This document shows positions 23,830 through 33,510 of a stretch of DNA of 64,000 nt, piece by piece (position 1 is the stretch's first letter; the number at the start of each line of letters is the position of its first letter). The notes under the pieces are model-generated. The model had not been told where the DNA came from, ran no database searches, and was given only the letters and a program-made list of their open reading frames with translations. The stretch is from contig DASSEX010000028.1 in the NCBI GenBank assembly GCA_035695045.1, forward strand, positions 27,504 to 91,503, written 5' to 3'. The translations under genes and the position numbers were made by a program. This DNA is from Mycobacteriales bacterium. GTDB lineage: Bacteria > Actinomycetota > Actinomycetes > JAFAQI01.

Positions 23830-24673
23830 CCTGTTGGACCGCTCGGCCGGCACCGACGCGCTGGTGCCGCGACCGTTCGTGGTTCGGCGCCGCATCCGCG
23901 AGACGTCGGACACGACGACCCTGCTCCTCGAGCCGGTGGACCGGACCGGACTGGAGTTCGAGCCGGGGCAGTTCACGATGATCGGCCGGCCCGGGTTCGG
24001 CGAGGTCCCCATCTCCATCTCCGGCGACTCGGCTCGGCCGGGGATGCTCGAGCACACCGTGCGCGCCGTCGGGGACGCCTCCGCCGCGATCGCGCGGACC
24101 CGTCGTGGCGACACGTTGCTCGTGCGGGGTCCCTACGGCCGCGGCTGGGACGTGGAAGCGGCGGCCGGGCACGACGTGCTCGTGGTCGCCGGCGGCATCG
24201 GCCTGGCTCCGCTGCGCCCGGTCGTGCTCGACGTGCTCGCCCGGCGCGATCTGTTCCGTCGCGCGTTTCTGGTCGTCGGGAGTAGGACCCCGGACCAGCT
24301 GCTCTATCCGCGGCAGATGGAGCAGTGGCGCGGCCGGTTCGACGTCGACGTCGACGTCACCGTCGATGCGGCTGATGCAGGGTGGCGCGGGCACGTCGGA
24401 GTCGTCACCGACAGGCTGCCGCGTCTCGACCTGGACCCGCTGTCGACGTTCGCGTTTCTCTGCGGCCCGGAGGTCATGATGCGCGTCACCGCCGACGCGC
24501 TGTGCGCGCTCGGTGTCCCGGCCGCGCAGGTGCGCGTGTCGATGGAGCGCAACATGAAGTGCGGCGTCGGCATGTGCGGGCACTGCCAGCTCCGCGAGCT
24601 GTTCGTCTGCCTCGACGGCCCGGTGTTCGGCTACGACGTCGTGCAGCGGCTGATGACGGAGCCCGAACTGTGA
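23819..24673 (+). CDS. hyhG: hydrogenase gamma subunit (FAD/NAD(P)-binding, 2Fe-2S; HydG/AsrB-like)
   Basis: Ferredoxin-reductase-type pattern [21 protein letters not shown] and FLCGPEVMM, with a C-terminal [11 protein letters not shown]...C cluster. The start is uncertain: TTG at 23819 or 23834, or GTG at 23864. Confidence 0.8.
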   Translation: MTTDLLDRSAGTDALVPRPFVVRRRIRETSDTTTLLLEPVDRTGLEFEPGQFTMIGRPGFGEVPISISGDSARPGMLEHTVRAVGDASAAIARTRRGDTLLVRGPYGRGWDVEAAAGHDVLVVAGGIGLAPLRPVVLDVLARRDLFRRAFLVVGSRTPDQLLYPRQMEQWRGRFDVDVDVTVDAADAGWRGHVGVVTDRLPRLDLDPLSTFAFLCGPEVMMRVTADALCALGVPAAQVRVSMERNMKCGVGMCGHCQLRELFVCLDGPVFGYDVVQRLMTEPEL

Positions 24674-25470
24674 CCGCGTCCGCTCCCGCGCGCCGTCGCC
24701 GACAGCATCGCCGGCCGAAGCTGGCCGTCTGGAAGTTCGCCTCCTGTGACGGCTGCCAGCTGTCATTGCTCAACTGTGAGGACGAGCTGCTCTCGCTCGC
24801 GGGCGCCGTCGAGATCGCGCACTTCACGGAGGCGACGCGACGATCGGTGCGGGGTCCGTACGACGTGTCCCTCGTCGAAGGGTCGATCACCACTGCACAT
24901 GACGCGGACCGCATCAGGCAGGTGCGGGACGTGTCGCGGACGCTGGTCACCATCGGCGCGTGCGCGACCGCGGGCGGCGTCCAGGCGTTGCGCAACTTCG
25001 CAGACGTCAGTGCGTGGACCTCGCTCGTCTACGCCCGGCCCGACTACGTCAGCACGCTGGCCACGTCGACCCCGATCGCGGCGCACGTGCCCGTCGACTT
25101 CGAGCTGCACGGCTGCCCGATCGACCGCGGCCAGCTGCTCGGCGTGCTGGTGGCGCTGCTCGCTGGGCGACGCCCACGGATACAGGTGGAGACGGTGTGC
25201 GCGCAGTGCAAGCGGCGCGGCAACGTGTGTGTGCTCGTCGCGCGCGGGACACCGTGCCTCGGGCCGGTGACGCAGGCAGGCTGCGGTGCCCTGTACCCGG
25301 CGTACGACCGTGGCTGCTACGGCTGCTTCGGGCCCGTGGCCGGCGGCAACGTCGCGTCGCTGGTGGCGCGATTGCGCGCGGACGGGATGTCCGTCACCGA
25401 CGTCGACCGGATCCTGCACACCTTCAACGCCGACGCAGAGCCTTTCCGGACGGGAGGGCAGGCACTGTGA
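24670..25470 (+). CDS. hyhS: [NiFe] hydrogenase small (delta) subunit
   Basis: GTG at 24670 overlaps the upstream TGA (GTGA). Motifs [26 protein letters not shown] and [12 protein letters not shown]...[18 protein letters not shown] give the Fe-S cysteine pattern of group 3 small subunits. Confidence 0.85.
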   Translation: MTASAPARRRRQHRRPKLAVWKFASCDGCQLSLLNCEDELLSLAGAVEIAHFTEATRRSVRGPYDVSLVEGSITTAHDADRIRQVRDVSRTLVTIGACATAGGVQALRNFADVSAWTSLVYARPDYVSTLATSTPIAAHVPVDFELHGCPIDRGQLLGVLVALLAGRRPRIQVETVCAQCKRRGNVCVLVARGTPCLGPVTQAGCGALYPAYDRGCYGCFGPVAGGNVASLVARLRADGMSVTDVDRILHTFNADAEPFRTGGQAL

Positions 25471-26774
25471 CGCACAAGCTGGACGGCGAGGCCCTGCTGC
25501 GGGTGGACGAGCTCGCGCGAGTCGAGGGTGAAGGGGCGATGCGCGTCGTGGTCCGTGGCGGCGTGGTGCGCGACGTCGAGCTGCAGATCTACGAACCGCC
25601 GCGCTTGTTCGAGGCCTTGCTCCATGGTCGGTCATTCCGGGAGCCACCGGACATCACCGCACGCATCTGCGGCATCTGCCCGGTCGCCTACCAGATGAGC
25701 GCGTGTCAGGCGATCGAAGCCGCCTGCGGTGTCGTGGTGCCGGAGGAGATCCGCCTGCTGCGCCGTTTGCTCTACTGCGGCGAGTGGATCGAGAGCCATG
25801 CGCTGCACGTCTATCTGCTGCATGCACCGGACTTCCTCGGCTACGACAGCGCGATCGACCTCGCGCGCGACCACCACGACGTCGTCGAGCAAGGTCTGCG
25901 GCTGAAGAAGGCCGGCAACGCACTGATGACGCTCGTCGGCGGTCGCGCGGTGCACCCGGTGAACGTGCGGGTCGGCGGTTTCTACCGGCTGCCGACTCGC
26001 GAGGAGATGGTGCTGATCCGACCGCAGCTCGAGCAAGCGTTGCAGGACGCCCTTGCGACGGTCGCGCTCGTTGCCGGCTTCGACTTCCCCGACCTGGAGC
26101 AGCCGTACGAGTACGTCGCGCTGCGCGCGCCGGACGGCGACTACCCGCTCGAACGGGGCAGCGTCGTGACGAGCGGCGGCGGCGGCTTCGACGTCGACGC
26201 CTTTGAGGAACACGTCATCGAGGAGCACGTCGAACGGTCCAACGCCTTGCACGCGCGGCTTGCGGATGTCGGGACCTATGTCGTCGGCCCGCTGGCTCGC
26301 TACTCCCTCAACCACGACGCGCTGTCGCCGCTGGCGCGCGATGCCGCGGACAGCGCCGGGCTGGGCGCCACGTGCCGCAACCCGTTCCGCTCGATCGTCG
26401 TGCGGGCGGTCGAGCTGGTGGAGGCGTGCGAGGAAGCGCTGCGCATTGTCGACAGCTGGCAGGGCGCTGCGGCGCCGTACGTCGACGTGGCACCCGTCGC
26501 CGCGACCGGCCGTGGCGCGACCGAGGCGCCACGCGGAATCCTGTTCCACCGCTACACGATTGGCGCGGATGGCGCGATCGTCGATGCGCGAATCGTGCCG
26601 CCGACGTCGCAGAACCAGCCGAGCATCGAAGCCGACCTGCGACAGCTCGTGCAGGACAACCTCGACCTCGACCGCGTCCTGCTGTCGCGGCTGTGTGAGC
26701 AGGCCATCCGCAACTACGACCCCTGCATCTCGTGCGCGACGCATTTCCTCGACCTCACCGTGGAGCAGACGTGA
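25467..26774 (+). CDS. hyhL: [NiFe] hydrogenase large (alpha) subunit
   Basis: 435 aa. The N-terminal Ni-Fe ligand motif [10 protein letters not shown] and the C-terminal DPCISCATH are followed by a 9-aa tail (FLDLTVEQT), consistent with proteolytic maturation. GTGA overlaps occur at both ends. Confidence 0.9.
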   Translation: MTHKLDGEALLRVDELARVEGEGAMRVVVRGGVVRDVELQIYEPPRLFEALLHGRSFREPPDITARICGICPVAYQMSACQAIEAACGVVVPEEIRLLRRLLYCGEWIESHALHVYLLHAPDFLGYDSAIDLARDHHDVVEQGLRLKKAGNALMTLVGGRAVHPVNVRVGGFYRLPTREEMVLIRPQLEQALQDALATVALVAGFDFPDLEQPYEYVALRAPDGDYPLERGSVVTSGGGGFDVDAFEEHVIEEHVERSNALHARLADVGTYVVGPLARYSLNHDALSPLARDAADSAGLGATCRNPFRSIVVRAVELVEACEEALRIVDSWQGAAAPYVDVAPVAATGRGATEAPRGILFHRYTIGADGAIVDARIVPPTSQNQPSIEADLRQLVQDNLDLDRVLLSRLCEQAIRNYDPCISCATHFLDLTVEQT

Positions 26775-27238
26775 GACCGCTCGTGGTCGGCGTCGGCCAC
26801 CCCGACCGCGGCGACGACGCCGTAGGCCCGCTTGTCGCCGATGCCGTACGACGCACGGGGGGCGACGTCGACGTGACGACGGTGATGGCACCGCTGCAGC
26901 TGCTCGATGCCTGGGCGGACCGCGAGGTAGTCGTGGTCGTCGACGCGGTCCGCTCCGGCCGCTCGGCCGGGGCGGTCACCGTCGTGCGGACGGATGCCCC
27001 ACTGCCGGTTCCGACCGGCGCCACGGGCAGCCACGGGTTCGGCGTGGCCGAAGCCGTGGAGCTGGCACGTGCGGTCGACCGGCTGCCGCCGCGGCTGACG
27101 GTGGTCGGAATCGAAGCGGCGACGTTCGACACCGGGGGTGGGATGTCACGGCCGGTACGGCGGGCCGTTGAAGAGGCGGCACGAGCCGTCGGTCGCGTGC
27201 TGGCAGAAGCGGGCGCTCGAGAGGCTGGTGCGGACTGA
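26771..27238 (+). CDS. hydrogenase maturation endopeptidase
   Basis: 155 aa. [16 protein letters not shown] and GSHGFG are HycI/HyaD-type protease motifs. It is coupled by a GTGA overlap to hyhL. Confidence 0.8.
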   Translation: MRPLVVGVGHPDRGDDAVGPLVADAVRRTGGDVDVTTVMAPLQLLDAWADREVVVVVDAVRSGRSAGAVTVVRTDAPLPVPTGATGSHGFGVAEAVELARAVDRLPPRLTVVGIEAATFDTGGGMSRPVRRAVEEAARAVGRVLAEAGAREAGAD

Positions 27239-27462
27239 TGTGCCTTGCGTTGCCTGGCCGCGTCGTGAGCATCGACGGCCCGACTGCGGTCGTCGAACGC
27301 GGGGGCGCGGTCCTGACGGTGTCATTGCTCGCTGTCGGTGAACGCATCGCGCCGGGCGACTTCGTGCTGGTGCACTCCGAGCTGGTGCTCACGCGGCTCG
27401 CCGACGACGACATCGACCAGCTCGCGAAGCTGGTGGAAAGGGGGGGTCATGAACCGACGTGA
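27238..27462 (+). CDS. hypC: HypC/HybG family [NiFe] hydrogenase assembly chaperone
   Basis: 74 aa beginning [12 protein letters not shown], the invariant N-terminal Cys2 motif of HypC. Confidence 0.85.
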   Translation: MCLALPGRVVSIDGPTAVVERGGAVLTVSLLAVGERIAPGDFVLVHSELVLTRLADDDIDQLAKLVERGGHEPT

Positions 27463-28378
27463 GCGGACCGGCTTGAGGTTGGCGCTCGTGACGGCGTTCA
27501 TCAGCGGGGTCGCGGTGTTCGTCAACGGTTATGGCGTCGCGGCGGTCAAGGACGCGACGGCGTACACGACCGGCAAGAACCTCGTCGCCGCCCTCGTGCT
27601 CGCCGTTGTCGCCACGATCGTCTCGTCGCGGACGCGCGGCCGCGCGGCGGCGCGTCCGGTGACGCTGCGCCAACGGGCCGCGCTCGTCCTCGTCGGCGTG
27701 ATCGGCGGGAGCGTCCCGTTCGTGCTGTTCTTCGAAGGTCTCGCCCGCGAGTCGTCGACGACGGCGGCGTTCCTGCAGAAGACGCTGGTCGTGTGGGTGT
27801 CGCTGCTCGCGGTGCCCTTGCTCAGCGAGCGCGTGGGCGGCTTGCAGATTGCCGCGATCGCCTTGCTGGTCGTCGGCCAGGCGATGGCCGGCGGGTCGTT
27901 GGGTGCGGTGGTCCGCATGCCGCTCGGCAGCGGTGAGCTCATGATCCTGGCGGCGACACTGCTGTGGGCGGTCGAGGTGGTGATCGCGAAACGACTGCTG
28001 GGATCGCTGACGTCGTGGACCGTCGGTGTCGCGCGCATGACGATCGGCTCGTTGTTGCTGGTGGCGTGGCTCGCGGTCCGCGGTCGGCTGGATGCGCTTA
28101 CGTCGTTGGACGGGTCACAGTGGGCGTGGGTGCTCGTCACCGGCGTGATCCTTGCGGCGTACGTCGCAACGTGGTTCGCGGCGCTCGCTCGGGCGCAGGC
28201 GGTCGACGTGACGGCGATCCTGGTGGTCGCGGCCCCCGTGACGGCGCTGCTGTCGTCGTACGTGCACCACGTGCCGCTGGGACCGCAGATCGGTGGGCTC
28301 GTCCTGATCGCGGCCGGCGCGTCTGTCGTCGTCCTCGCACGGCTGCGGCGGCCGTCGCCGGTGAGGGTGCCGGGGTGA
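27449..28378 (+). CDS. EamA/DMT-family transporter
   Basis: ATG at 27449 overlaps the hypC end by 14 nt. It has about 10 TM helices in two similar halves. The tracked ORF start at 27338 is rejected. Confidence 0.7.
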   Translation: MNRRERTGLRLALVTAFISGVAVFVNGYGVAAVKDATAYTTGKNLVAALVLAVVATIVSSRTRGRAAARPVTLRQRAALVLVGVIGGSVPFVLFFEGLARESSTTAAFLQKTLVVWVSLLAVPLLSERVGGLQIAAIALLVVGQAMAGGSLGAVVRMPLGSGELMILAATLLWAVEVVIAKRLLGSLTSWTVGVARMTIGSLLLVAWLAVRGRLDALTSLDGSQWAWVLVTGVILAAYVATWFAALARAQAVDVTAILVVAAPVTALLSSYVHHVPLGPQIGGLVLIAAGASVVVLARLRRPSPVRVPG

Positions 28379-29130
28379 GCGCTCCCGCCGTCATCGACGA
28401 CGGTCCGCAGGTGTTCGCGGCGTTCGCCTATCCGCCGAACGCCCTGGGCTACTGCGGTCCCGACGATGCGGCGGCATTGCTCGAGCAGCGAGGGGCCGCG
28501 GGGGAGACCGCGGCGTTACGGTCCGCAGCCGCGCGGTTCGAGGGCGCGTGGCCGTATCTGCGCTTGATCGCCGCCGCCAACGCGATTGCCGACCCGCTGG
28601 ACCGGCGAGTCGTCGAGGCCTACTGGATCGGCAACGCGCTGCTCGAGCGAGTGGACGCCCGCATGCTCGGGCCCTCGTTGGAGGAGCGGTTCCGCCGCCG
28701 TGCCGGGCGGGCCTGGGAGCGGCTTGTTGCTCCGGTGCCGGAAGGCGCGCGGCCGCACCACAACTTCCATGTGTTCGGCGTCTACCCCTGGGTCGGGCTG
28801 ATCCGGTCGGGCGTCGTCGACGAGCCGCTGCGGGTCATCGACCGGTGCCGCATCCGCTGGGGGCGCGTCGAGGCCATCATCGACGACCTCGCCTTGGTCC
28901 GGACGCGGCCTCTCGTCTGGAACGGACGGAAGCTCGCGCTAGGGCCGGCTGCTGTCGAGCAGGCGCGCCTGCGACGCGGAGGAGCCTCGCTGGCGCCGGA
29001 TTTGCTGCCAGGCGATTGGTGCGCCATGCACTGGGACTGGGTCTGCGCGCGGCTCAGCCCATCGCAGGTCTCGCAGCTCCGGCGCTGGACCGGCCGCACG
29101 CTCGCAGTGTGCCAGCAGCTGCCGGGATAG
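28375..29130 (+). CDS. conserved-looking hypothetical protein coupled to the hydrogenase operon
   Basis: GTG at 28375 overlaps the DMT stop (GTGA). 251 aa, soluble. Motifs FAYPPNALGYCGPDD, VEAYWIGN, HHNFHVFGVYPW and GDWCAMHWDWVC. I recognise no family. Confidence 0.6.
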   Translation: MSAPAVIDDGPQVFAAFAYPPNALGYCGPDDAAALLEQRGAAGETAALRSAAARFEGAWPYLRLIAAANAIADPLDRRVVEAYWIGNALLERVDARMLGPSLEERFRRRAGRAWERLVAPVPEGARPHHNFHVFGVYPWVGLIRSGVVDEPLRVIDRCRIRWGRVEAIIDDLALVRTRPLVWNGRKLALGPAAVEQARLRRGGASLAPDLLPGDWCAMHWDWVCARLSPSQVSQLRRWTGRTLAVCQQLPG

Positions 29131-29244
29131 CGCTGAATTCACCTGCCGGTGGAAGTTCGGAGTTGGGTGATCGCCTGACGCGTGGAACCCACCCGGTTAC
29201 GGTCGGAAGCGTCCCGATATCGACGCGTGCGGAGGCCCCCCGCC

Positions 29245-29574
29245 ATGCTGGGAGAGCTGCTGGTGCAGCCGTCTGCCACGACGGTGCGCCTGCATGGCGA
29301 GCTCGATCTCGTGACCGTTGACGCGCTGCGAGCACTGCTCGCGGAGGCCGCCGCCGATGTTCCGTCGAAGGTCGTCATCGACATCACGGACGTGCCGTTC
29401 GTCGACGTCCTGTCGCTCTCGACGATCCTCGCTACGGCGGACTCCATGCGCGAGCGGGCGGCAGCGCTCGTTGTGGTGGGAGCAAGCCAGTCCGTGCGCC
29501 GGCTCTTCGAGGTGCTGAACGCCGAGGACGTGCTGGCGCCGGCCCTGCCGATGCCGCGGATCGCCGGCACCTGA
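29245..29574 (+). CDS. STAS-domain protein (anti-sigma-factor antagonist-like)
   Basis: ATG at 29245 follows GGAGG. MLGELLVQPSATTVRLHGELDLVTVDALRALL...VVIDITDVPFVDVLSLSTIL...RRLFEVL is a SpoIIAA/STAS pattern. Confidence 0.7.
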   Translation: MLGELLVQPSATTVRLHGELDLVTVDALRALLAEAAADVPSKVVIDITDVPFVDVLSLSTILATADSMRERAAALVVVGASQSVRRLFEVLNAEDVLAPALPMPRIAGT

Positions 29575-29644
29575 GCTGCGCCGGATACCGCGCCCGCTGC
29601 CCCCGGGTTCGTCAAGTCGTGCCCGGATTGGGCATCCTGGTCGG

Positions 29645-30799
29645 GTGACCGAGCCGACCCAGCCGTGGAGCACGCGTGTGCTCGACAACCGGTATCGGCT
29701 CGGCGACCGTCTGGGCGGAGGAGCCGCAGCGGAGGTCTACCGCGCGCTCGACGAGCGCCTGCAGCGCCCGGTCGCGGTCAAGCTGTTCCGCGGCGATGCG
29801 GCCGCCCAGCTGCAGCGTCACGAAGCCGAGATGCGCACCCTCGCGAGCCTCGACCACCCGTCACTCGTCGGTGTCTACGACGCCGGGACGGACGATGCCA
29901 CCGGCGCGCCGTTTCTCGTGATGCAGCTGGTCGAGGGGAGCACGCTGGCCGACGAGCTGCACCGCGGCCGGCTCGCTCCCGAGCGCGCCGCGACCTACGG
30001 GGCCGCGCTCGCGGATGCCCTCGCGTATGTCCACGAGCGCGGCTTCGTCCACCGCGACGTGAAGCCGGCCAACGTCCTGATCTCGGGTGACGGGCGGGTG
30101 CACCTCGCCGACTTCGGCATCGCACGACTGGTCGACTCCGCGCACGAGACCCGGACAGGTGACGTGCTCGGAACGCCGGGGTACTTCTCACCCGAACAGG
30201 TGACCGGTGATCCCGTCGGGCCGCCGACCGACGTCTACGCACTCGGCATCGTGCTGATCGAATGCCTGACCGGCCAGCGGCCGTTCGAGGGCGGCCCCAT
30301 GGAGGTCGCGCTCGCGCGGGTGAACCGTCAGCCGGACATCCCCACGTCGTACGGCGAACAGTGGCACGCCCTCCTCAACGCGATGACGCTGCGCGACCCG
30401 GCGCGGCGTCCGAGTGCTGCGACGGTCGCCGACTCGCTGCGCCGGATCAGCGCCGGCGAGGATCTCGATCGGACCGTGGCCATGACGCCGCCGGTCTCTC
30501 CCACGGCAACGCAGGTGCTGCCCGCGACGGCCGTCGCGACGCAGCTCGGCGCCACCACCGGTCCGGCCGGGGCGACGGCCGCCGGTCCGCTCGCGCCGTC
30601 GCAGCGCAGGAGCGGCCCGTCACCTGCCGTCATCGTCTTCATCCTCCTGCTCGTGGTCGCGGCGATCGCGGTCGCGCTGGTTGCGCTCCGCAACAACAGC
30701 TCCAACACGACGACCCACTTCACGCCGGGCAAGCCCAAGCTGCATCCGGCGAAGATCGAACGCGACATGCGCAACCTCGAGCGGCTGGTGCACCGATGA
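29645..30799 (+). CDS. Ser/Thr protein kinase with single TM helix
   Basis: Hanks motifs are present: GGGAAAEVY, VAVKLF, HRDVKPANVL, ADFGIA, GTPGYFSPE and DVYALG. TM helix AVIVFILLLVVAAIAVALVAL lies near the C-terminus. Confidence 0.9.
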   Translation: MTEPTQPWSTRVLDNRYRLGDRLGGGAAAEVYRALDERLQRPVAVKLFRGDAAAQLQRHEAEMRTLASLDHPSLVGVYDAGTDDATGAPFLVMQLVEGSTLADELHRGRLAPERAATYGAALADALAYVHERGFVHRDVKPANVLISGDGRVHLADFGIARLVDSAHETRTGDVLGTPGYFSPEQVTGDPVGPPTDVYALGIVLIECLTGQRPFEGGPMEVALARVNRQPDIPTSYGEQWHALLNAMTLRDPARRPSAATVADSLRRISAGEDLDRTVAMTPPVSPTATQVLPATAVATQLGATTGPAGATAAGPLAPSQRRSGPSPAVIVFILLLVVAAIAVALVALRNNSSNTTTHFTPGKPKLHPAKIERDMRNLERLVHR

Positions 30800-31272
30800 G
30801 CCGCAGATGGTGGCTCTCGGCCGTGCCGGTGCCGACGCTGCTCGCCGCTGTGCTGCTGGCGGGTTGCTCGTCAGGGACGCCCGGTGACATCACGCCTGCC
30901 GGCGAGCGTGTCCTCTCGCAGGCGGTTCAGCACGTCCGCGAGGTGGCGTCGACCCACAACTACCTGGAGCTGCGCGCCGCAGTCGCCCAGCTGAAGTCGC
31001 TCGTCCACCAGGAGCAGCGGAGCGGCAACGTGTCCGCGTCGCGGGCGGTCGCGATCGAGGACGCGGCGGACGTGCTGCTCGAGGATGCTTCGCCGTCACC
31101 CTCGCCGACGCCGTCTCCGACGACGACCTCGCCGACGCCGTCTCCGACCCCGACGACGACCTCGCCGACCCCAACTCCGACGCCGACCCCTTCGGTGACG
31201 ACGACGGTCCCGCCGTCGGCGACAGCCGGGCCGGGCAATGGCAACGGCGGCGGGATCATCCCGTCGGGATGA
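30796..31272 (+). CDS. lipoprotein with Pro/Thr/Ser-rich tail
   Basis: ATG overlaps the kinase stop (ATGA at 30796-30799). Lipobox LLAGCS. C-terminal tail SPSPSPTPSPTTTSPTPSPTPTTTSPTPTPTPTPS. Confidence 0.7.
   Translation: MSRRWWLSAVPVPTLLAAVLLAGCSSGTPGDITPAGERVLSQAVQHVREVASTHNYLELRAAVAQLKSLVHQEQRSGNVSASRAVAIEDAADVLLEDASPSPSPTPSPTTTSPTPSPTPTTTSPTPTPTPTPSVTTTVPPSATAGPGNGNGGGIIPSG
31090..31200 (+). repeat. imperfect tandem repeats encoding the PT/S-rich linker
   Basis: Units ctcgccgacgccgtctccgac... recur at about 31101, 31128 and 31161. Confidence 0.6.
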
Positions 31273-32863
31273 GCTTCCCGGGGTTCAGGATCCCGGCCGG
31301 ATCGAGCTGTCGCTTCAGCACCCGCAGGATCTCCACGCCGACCTCGCCGATCTCGGCGGCGAGATGCTCACGATGCGCCGTCCCGACCGCGTGGTGATGC
31401 GTGATCGTCGCGCCCGTCCGGACGATGGCGTCGTTGGCAGCGGTCTTGGCGGCGTTCCACTGCTCGACCTCCGCGCCGGTCCTCGCCGCGGCCAGAACGG
31501 TGAAGTAGAGCGACGCCCCGGTCTCGTAGAGATGCGAGACGTGGCAGCCGACGACAGCCTGACCGAGAGAGCCGTGCAGGGCCTCGCGCACGGCGTCGTA
31601 CGTCGCCGCGAGCCCGCTCCAGGTGTTGGCGGTCTCGAGCGTCTCGGCGAGCACGCCCGCGTCCAGCATGCTGTCGCGCATCCGCGGACCGCTGAACCGG
31701 CCGTGCTCCCAGGCGCTGCCGGCCCGGCGACCCAGTGAGACGCCACCAGCCGCGCGGAGCACGCGCTTCGTCACTCGCCGACGATGCTCGACGTCGTCGG
31801 CATCGCCCTCGAACCCCACGATGACGAGGCAGCCGTCGGCGACGTTCCGTCTGCGCAGGTACGCCGTCAGCAGCCGCTTGCTCAGCCGCCCCGACCCGCT
31901 CAGGGACAAGGAGATCTGCGTCTCGGTCGGGTCGGACAGCCGGGTGATGTCCGGATGGTCGCGACGCTGCGCGAGCGTCCGCAGCGCCCGCATCCCGTCC
32001 TCCCACGACGGCACCATCCAGCCCTCGTAGCGACGTTCGGCGGGACGCGGACGCACCCGGACCGTGACCTCCGTGACGACGCCGAGAGTTCCTTCGGATC
32101 CGAGGACCAGCCGGCGGAGATCCGGTCCGGCAGCACTGCCGGGAAGCGAGGGCAGGGCGAGCTCACCGACCGGCGTTGCCAGCCGGAGACCGACGACGAG
32201 ATCGTCGATCCGCCCGTAGCCGCTGGACGCCTGCCCCGTCGACCGGGTGACGACGTAGCCGCCGATCGATGCGCGCTCGAAGCTCTGCGGGACGTGGCCG
32301 AGCGTGAACCCGTGCCTGGCGAGTGCCGCCTCCGCATCCGGCGTGCGCATGCCGGGCTGGAACGTGGCGGTGTGGGACTCCGCGTCCACGGTCAGCAGGC
32401 TGTTCATTCGCCCCAGGTCGAGTGCTGCGACCGCGACGCAGTCGCCGCGGAGCGCTTCGAGGCCACCGACGACGCTCGTGCCGCCGCCCCAGGGCACGAC
32501 GGCGACGCGCTCCTCACTGCAGATCTCGAGCACGCGCGCGACCGCTGCCGCGTCGCGGGGCAGCAGGATGGCGTCGGGCGCGGTGGAGGTGTCACCGCGC
32601 CGGCGGCGGACGAGGTCGACGTACGACTGTCCGCCACTGTGCTCCGCCCGACTGCGGTCATCGACGAGCACCCCGTCCTCGCCGAGTGCCGCGACCAGCC
32701 GGGAGCGCGCCGCCGGGGGCAGCGCGGAAGGTTCGACCCGCGCGGTCTCGATCGCTGCCGCCGTGCTGGGCGTCAGCGGGCCGACCAGCGTCTCGAGCAT
32801 CGCAACCGTGGAGCTGCTGAGCTCCGGCTGGTCGTCCGCCCAGGTGGTCCACGTCTGCGTCAT
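31256..32863 (-). CDS. FAD-linked oxidase (alkyl-DHAP synthase / GlcD-like flavoprotein)
   Basis: 535 aa. FAD-binding PCMH pattern VAVVPWGGGTSVVGG and GSEGTLGVVTEVTVRV, with C-terminal HHHAVGT and LDPAGILNPGKL. Its 3' end overlaps the convergent lipoprotein gene by 17 nt. Confidence 0.85.
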   Translation of the reverse strand: MTQTWTTWADDQPELSSSTVAMLETLVGPLTPSTAAAIETARVEPSALPPAARSRLVAALGEDGVLVDDRSRAEHSGGQSYVDLVRRRRGDTSTAPDAILLPRDAAAVARVLEICSEERVAVVPWGGGTSVVGGLEALRGDCVAVAALDLGRMNSLLTVDAESHTATFQPGMRTPDAEAALARHGFTLGHVPQSFERASIGGYVVTRSTGQASSGYGRIDDLVVGLRLATPVGELALPSLPGSAAGPDLRRLVLGSEGTLGVVTEVTVRVRPRPAERRYEGWMVPSWEDGMRALRTLAQRRDHPDITRLSDPTETQISLSLSGSGRLSKRLLTAYLRRRNVADGCLVIVGFEGDADDVEHRRRVTKRVLRAAGGVSLGRRAGSAWEHGRFSGPRMRDSMLDAGVLAETLETANTWSGLAATYDAVREALHGSLGQAVVGCHVSHLYETGASLYFTVLAAARTGAEVEQWNAAKTAANDAIVRTGATITHHHAVGTAHREHLAAEIGEVGVEILRVLKRQLDPAGILNPGKLIPTG

Positions 32864-32880
32864 GCGGTACAGTGTGACAT

Positions 32881-33510
32881 ATGACGTCTAATCGTCACAG
32901 TGCTCCGAGTGGAGTGGCCACGCCGGCGAGTGCGGACGCCGCCGCGCGAGCGATCCCCTCGGAGGTGCTCGACGCCACCCGGGCCGCGGTCCTCGCCGTG
33001 GGCGTCCGGCGGACGACGCTGACCGACGTCGCACGGCGCGCGGGCGTCAGCCGCATGACGCTCTACCGCCTGGTGCCCGACGTCACGACGCTGATCCTCG
33101 CGGTCATGACGCGCGAGTTCGCCGCGGTGTTCCGCGAGGCCGAGCAGCAGGTCCGGCGGCGACGCACCGGTCGGGCGCGTGCCGTCGCCGCCATGGTCGA
33201 GGTGGTTCGACAGCTTCCGGAGGCCCAGCTCTTTCGCCGCGTGGTCGACGTCGACCCTGAGCTCTTGCTGCCCTACCTCACCGACCGGCTCGGCGCGACG
33301 CAGCGCCTCGCGGTCGGACAGGTGCGCCGCATGCTGAGCGAGGGCGTCGCAGACGGGTCGATCCGTCGCGCCGACCTCGACACACTTGCTGTCACGGCGG
33401 TGCTGACCGCGACGCCCTTCGTCGTCTCCGCCCGGCTTCTCGACACGGATGCTCGCGCCGCGGCTCTCGACGAGCTCGCGCGCATGCTCGACTGCTGGCT
33501 CGCGCCGTGA
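32881..33510 (+). CDS. TetR-family transcriptional regulator
   Basis: HTH segment TTLTDVARRAGVSRMTLYRLV. It is divergent from the FAD oxidase and overlaps the glpD start. An alternative GTG start exists at 32914. Confidence 0.8.
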   Translation: MTSNRHSAPSGVATPASADAAARAIPSEVLDATRAAVLAVGVRRTTLTDVARRAGVSRMTLYRLVPDVTTLILAVMTREFAAVFREAEQQVRRRRTGRARAVAAMVEVVRQLPEAQLFRRVVDVDPELLLPYLTDRLGATQRLAVGQVRRMLSEGVADGSIRRADLDTLAVTAVLTATPFVVSARLLDTDARAAALDELARMLDCWLAP

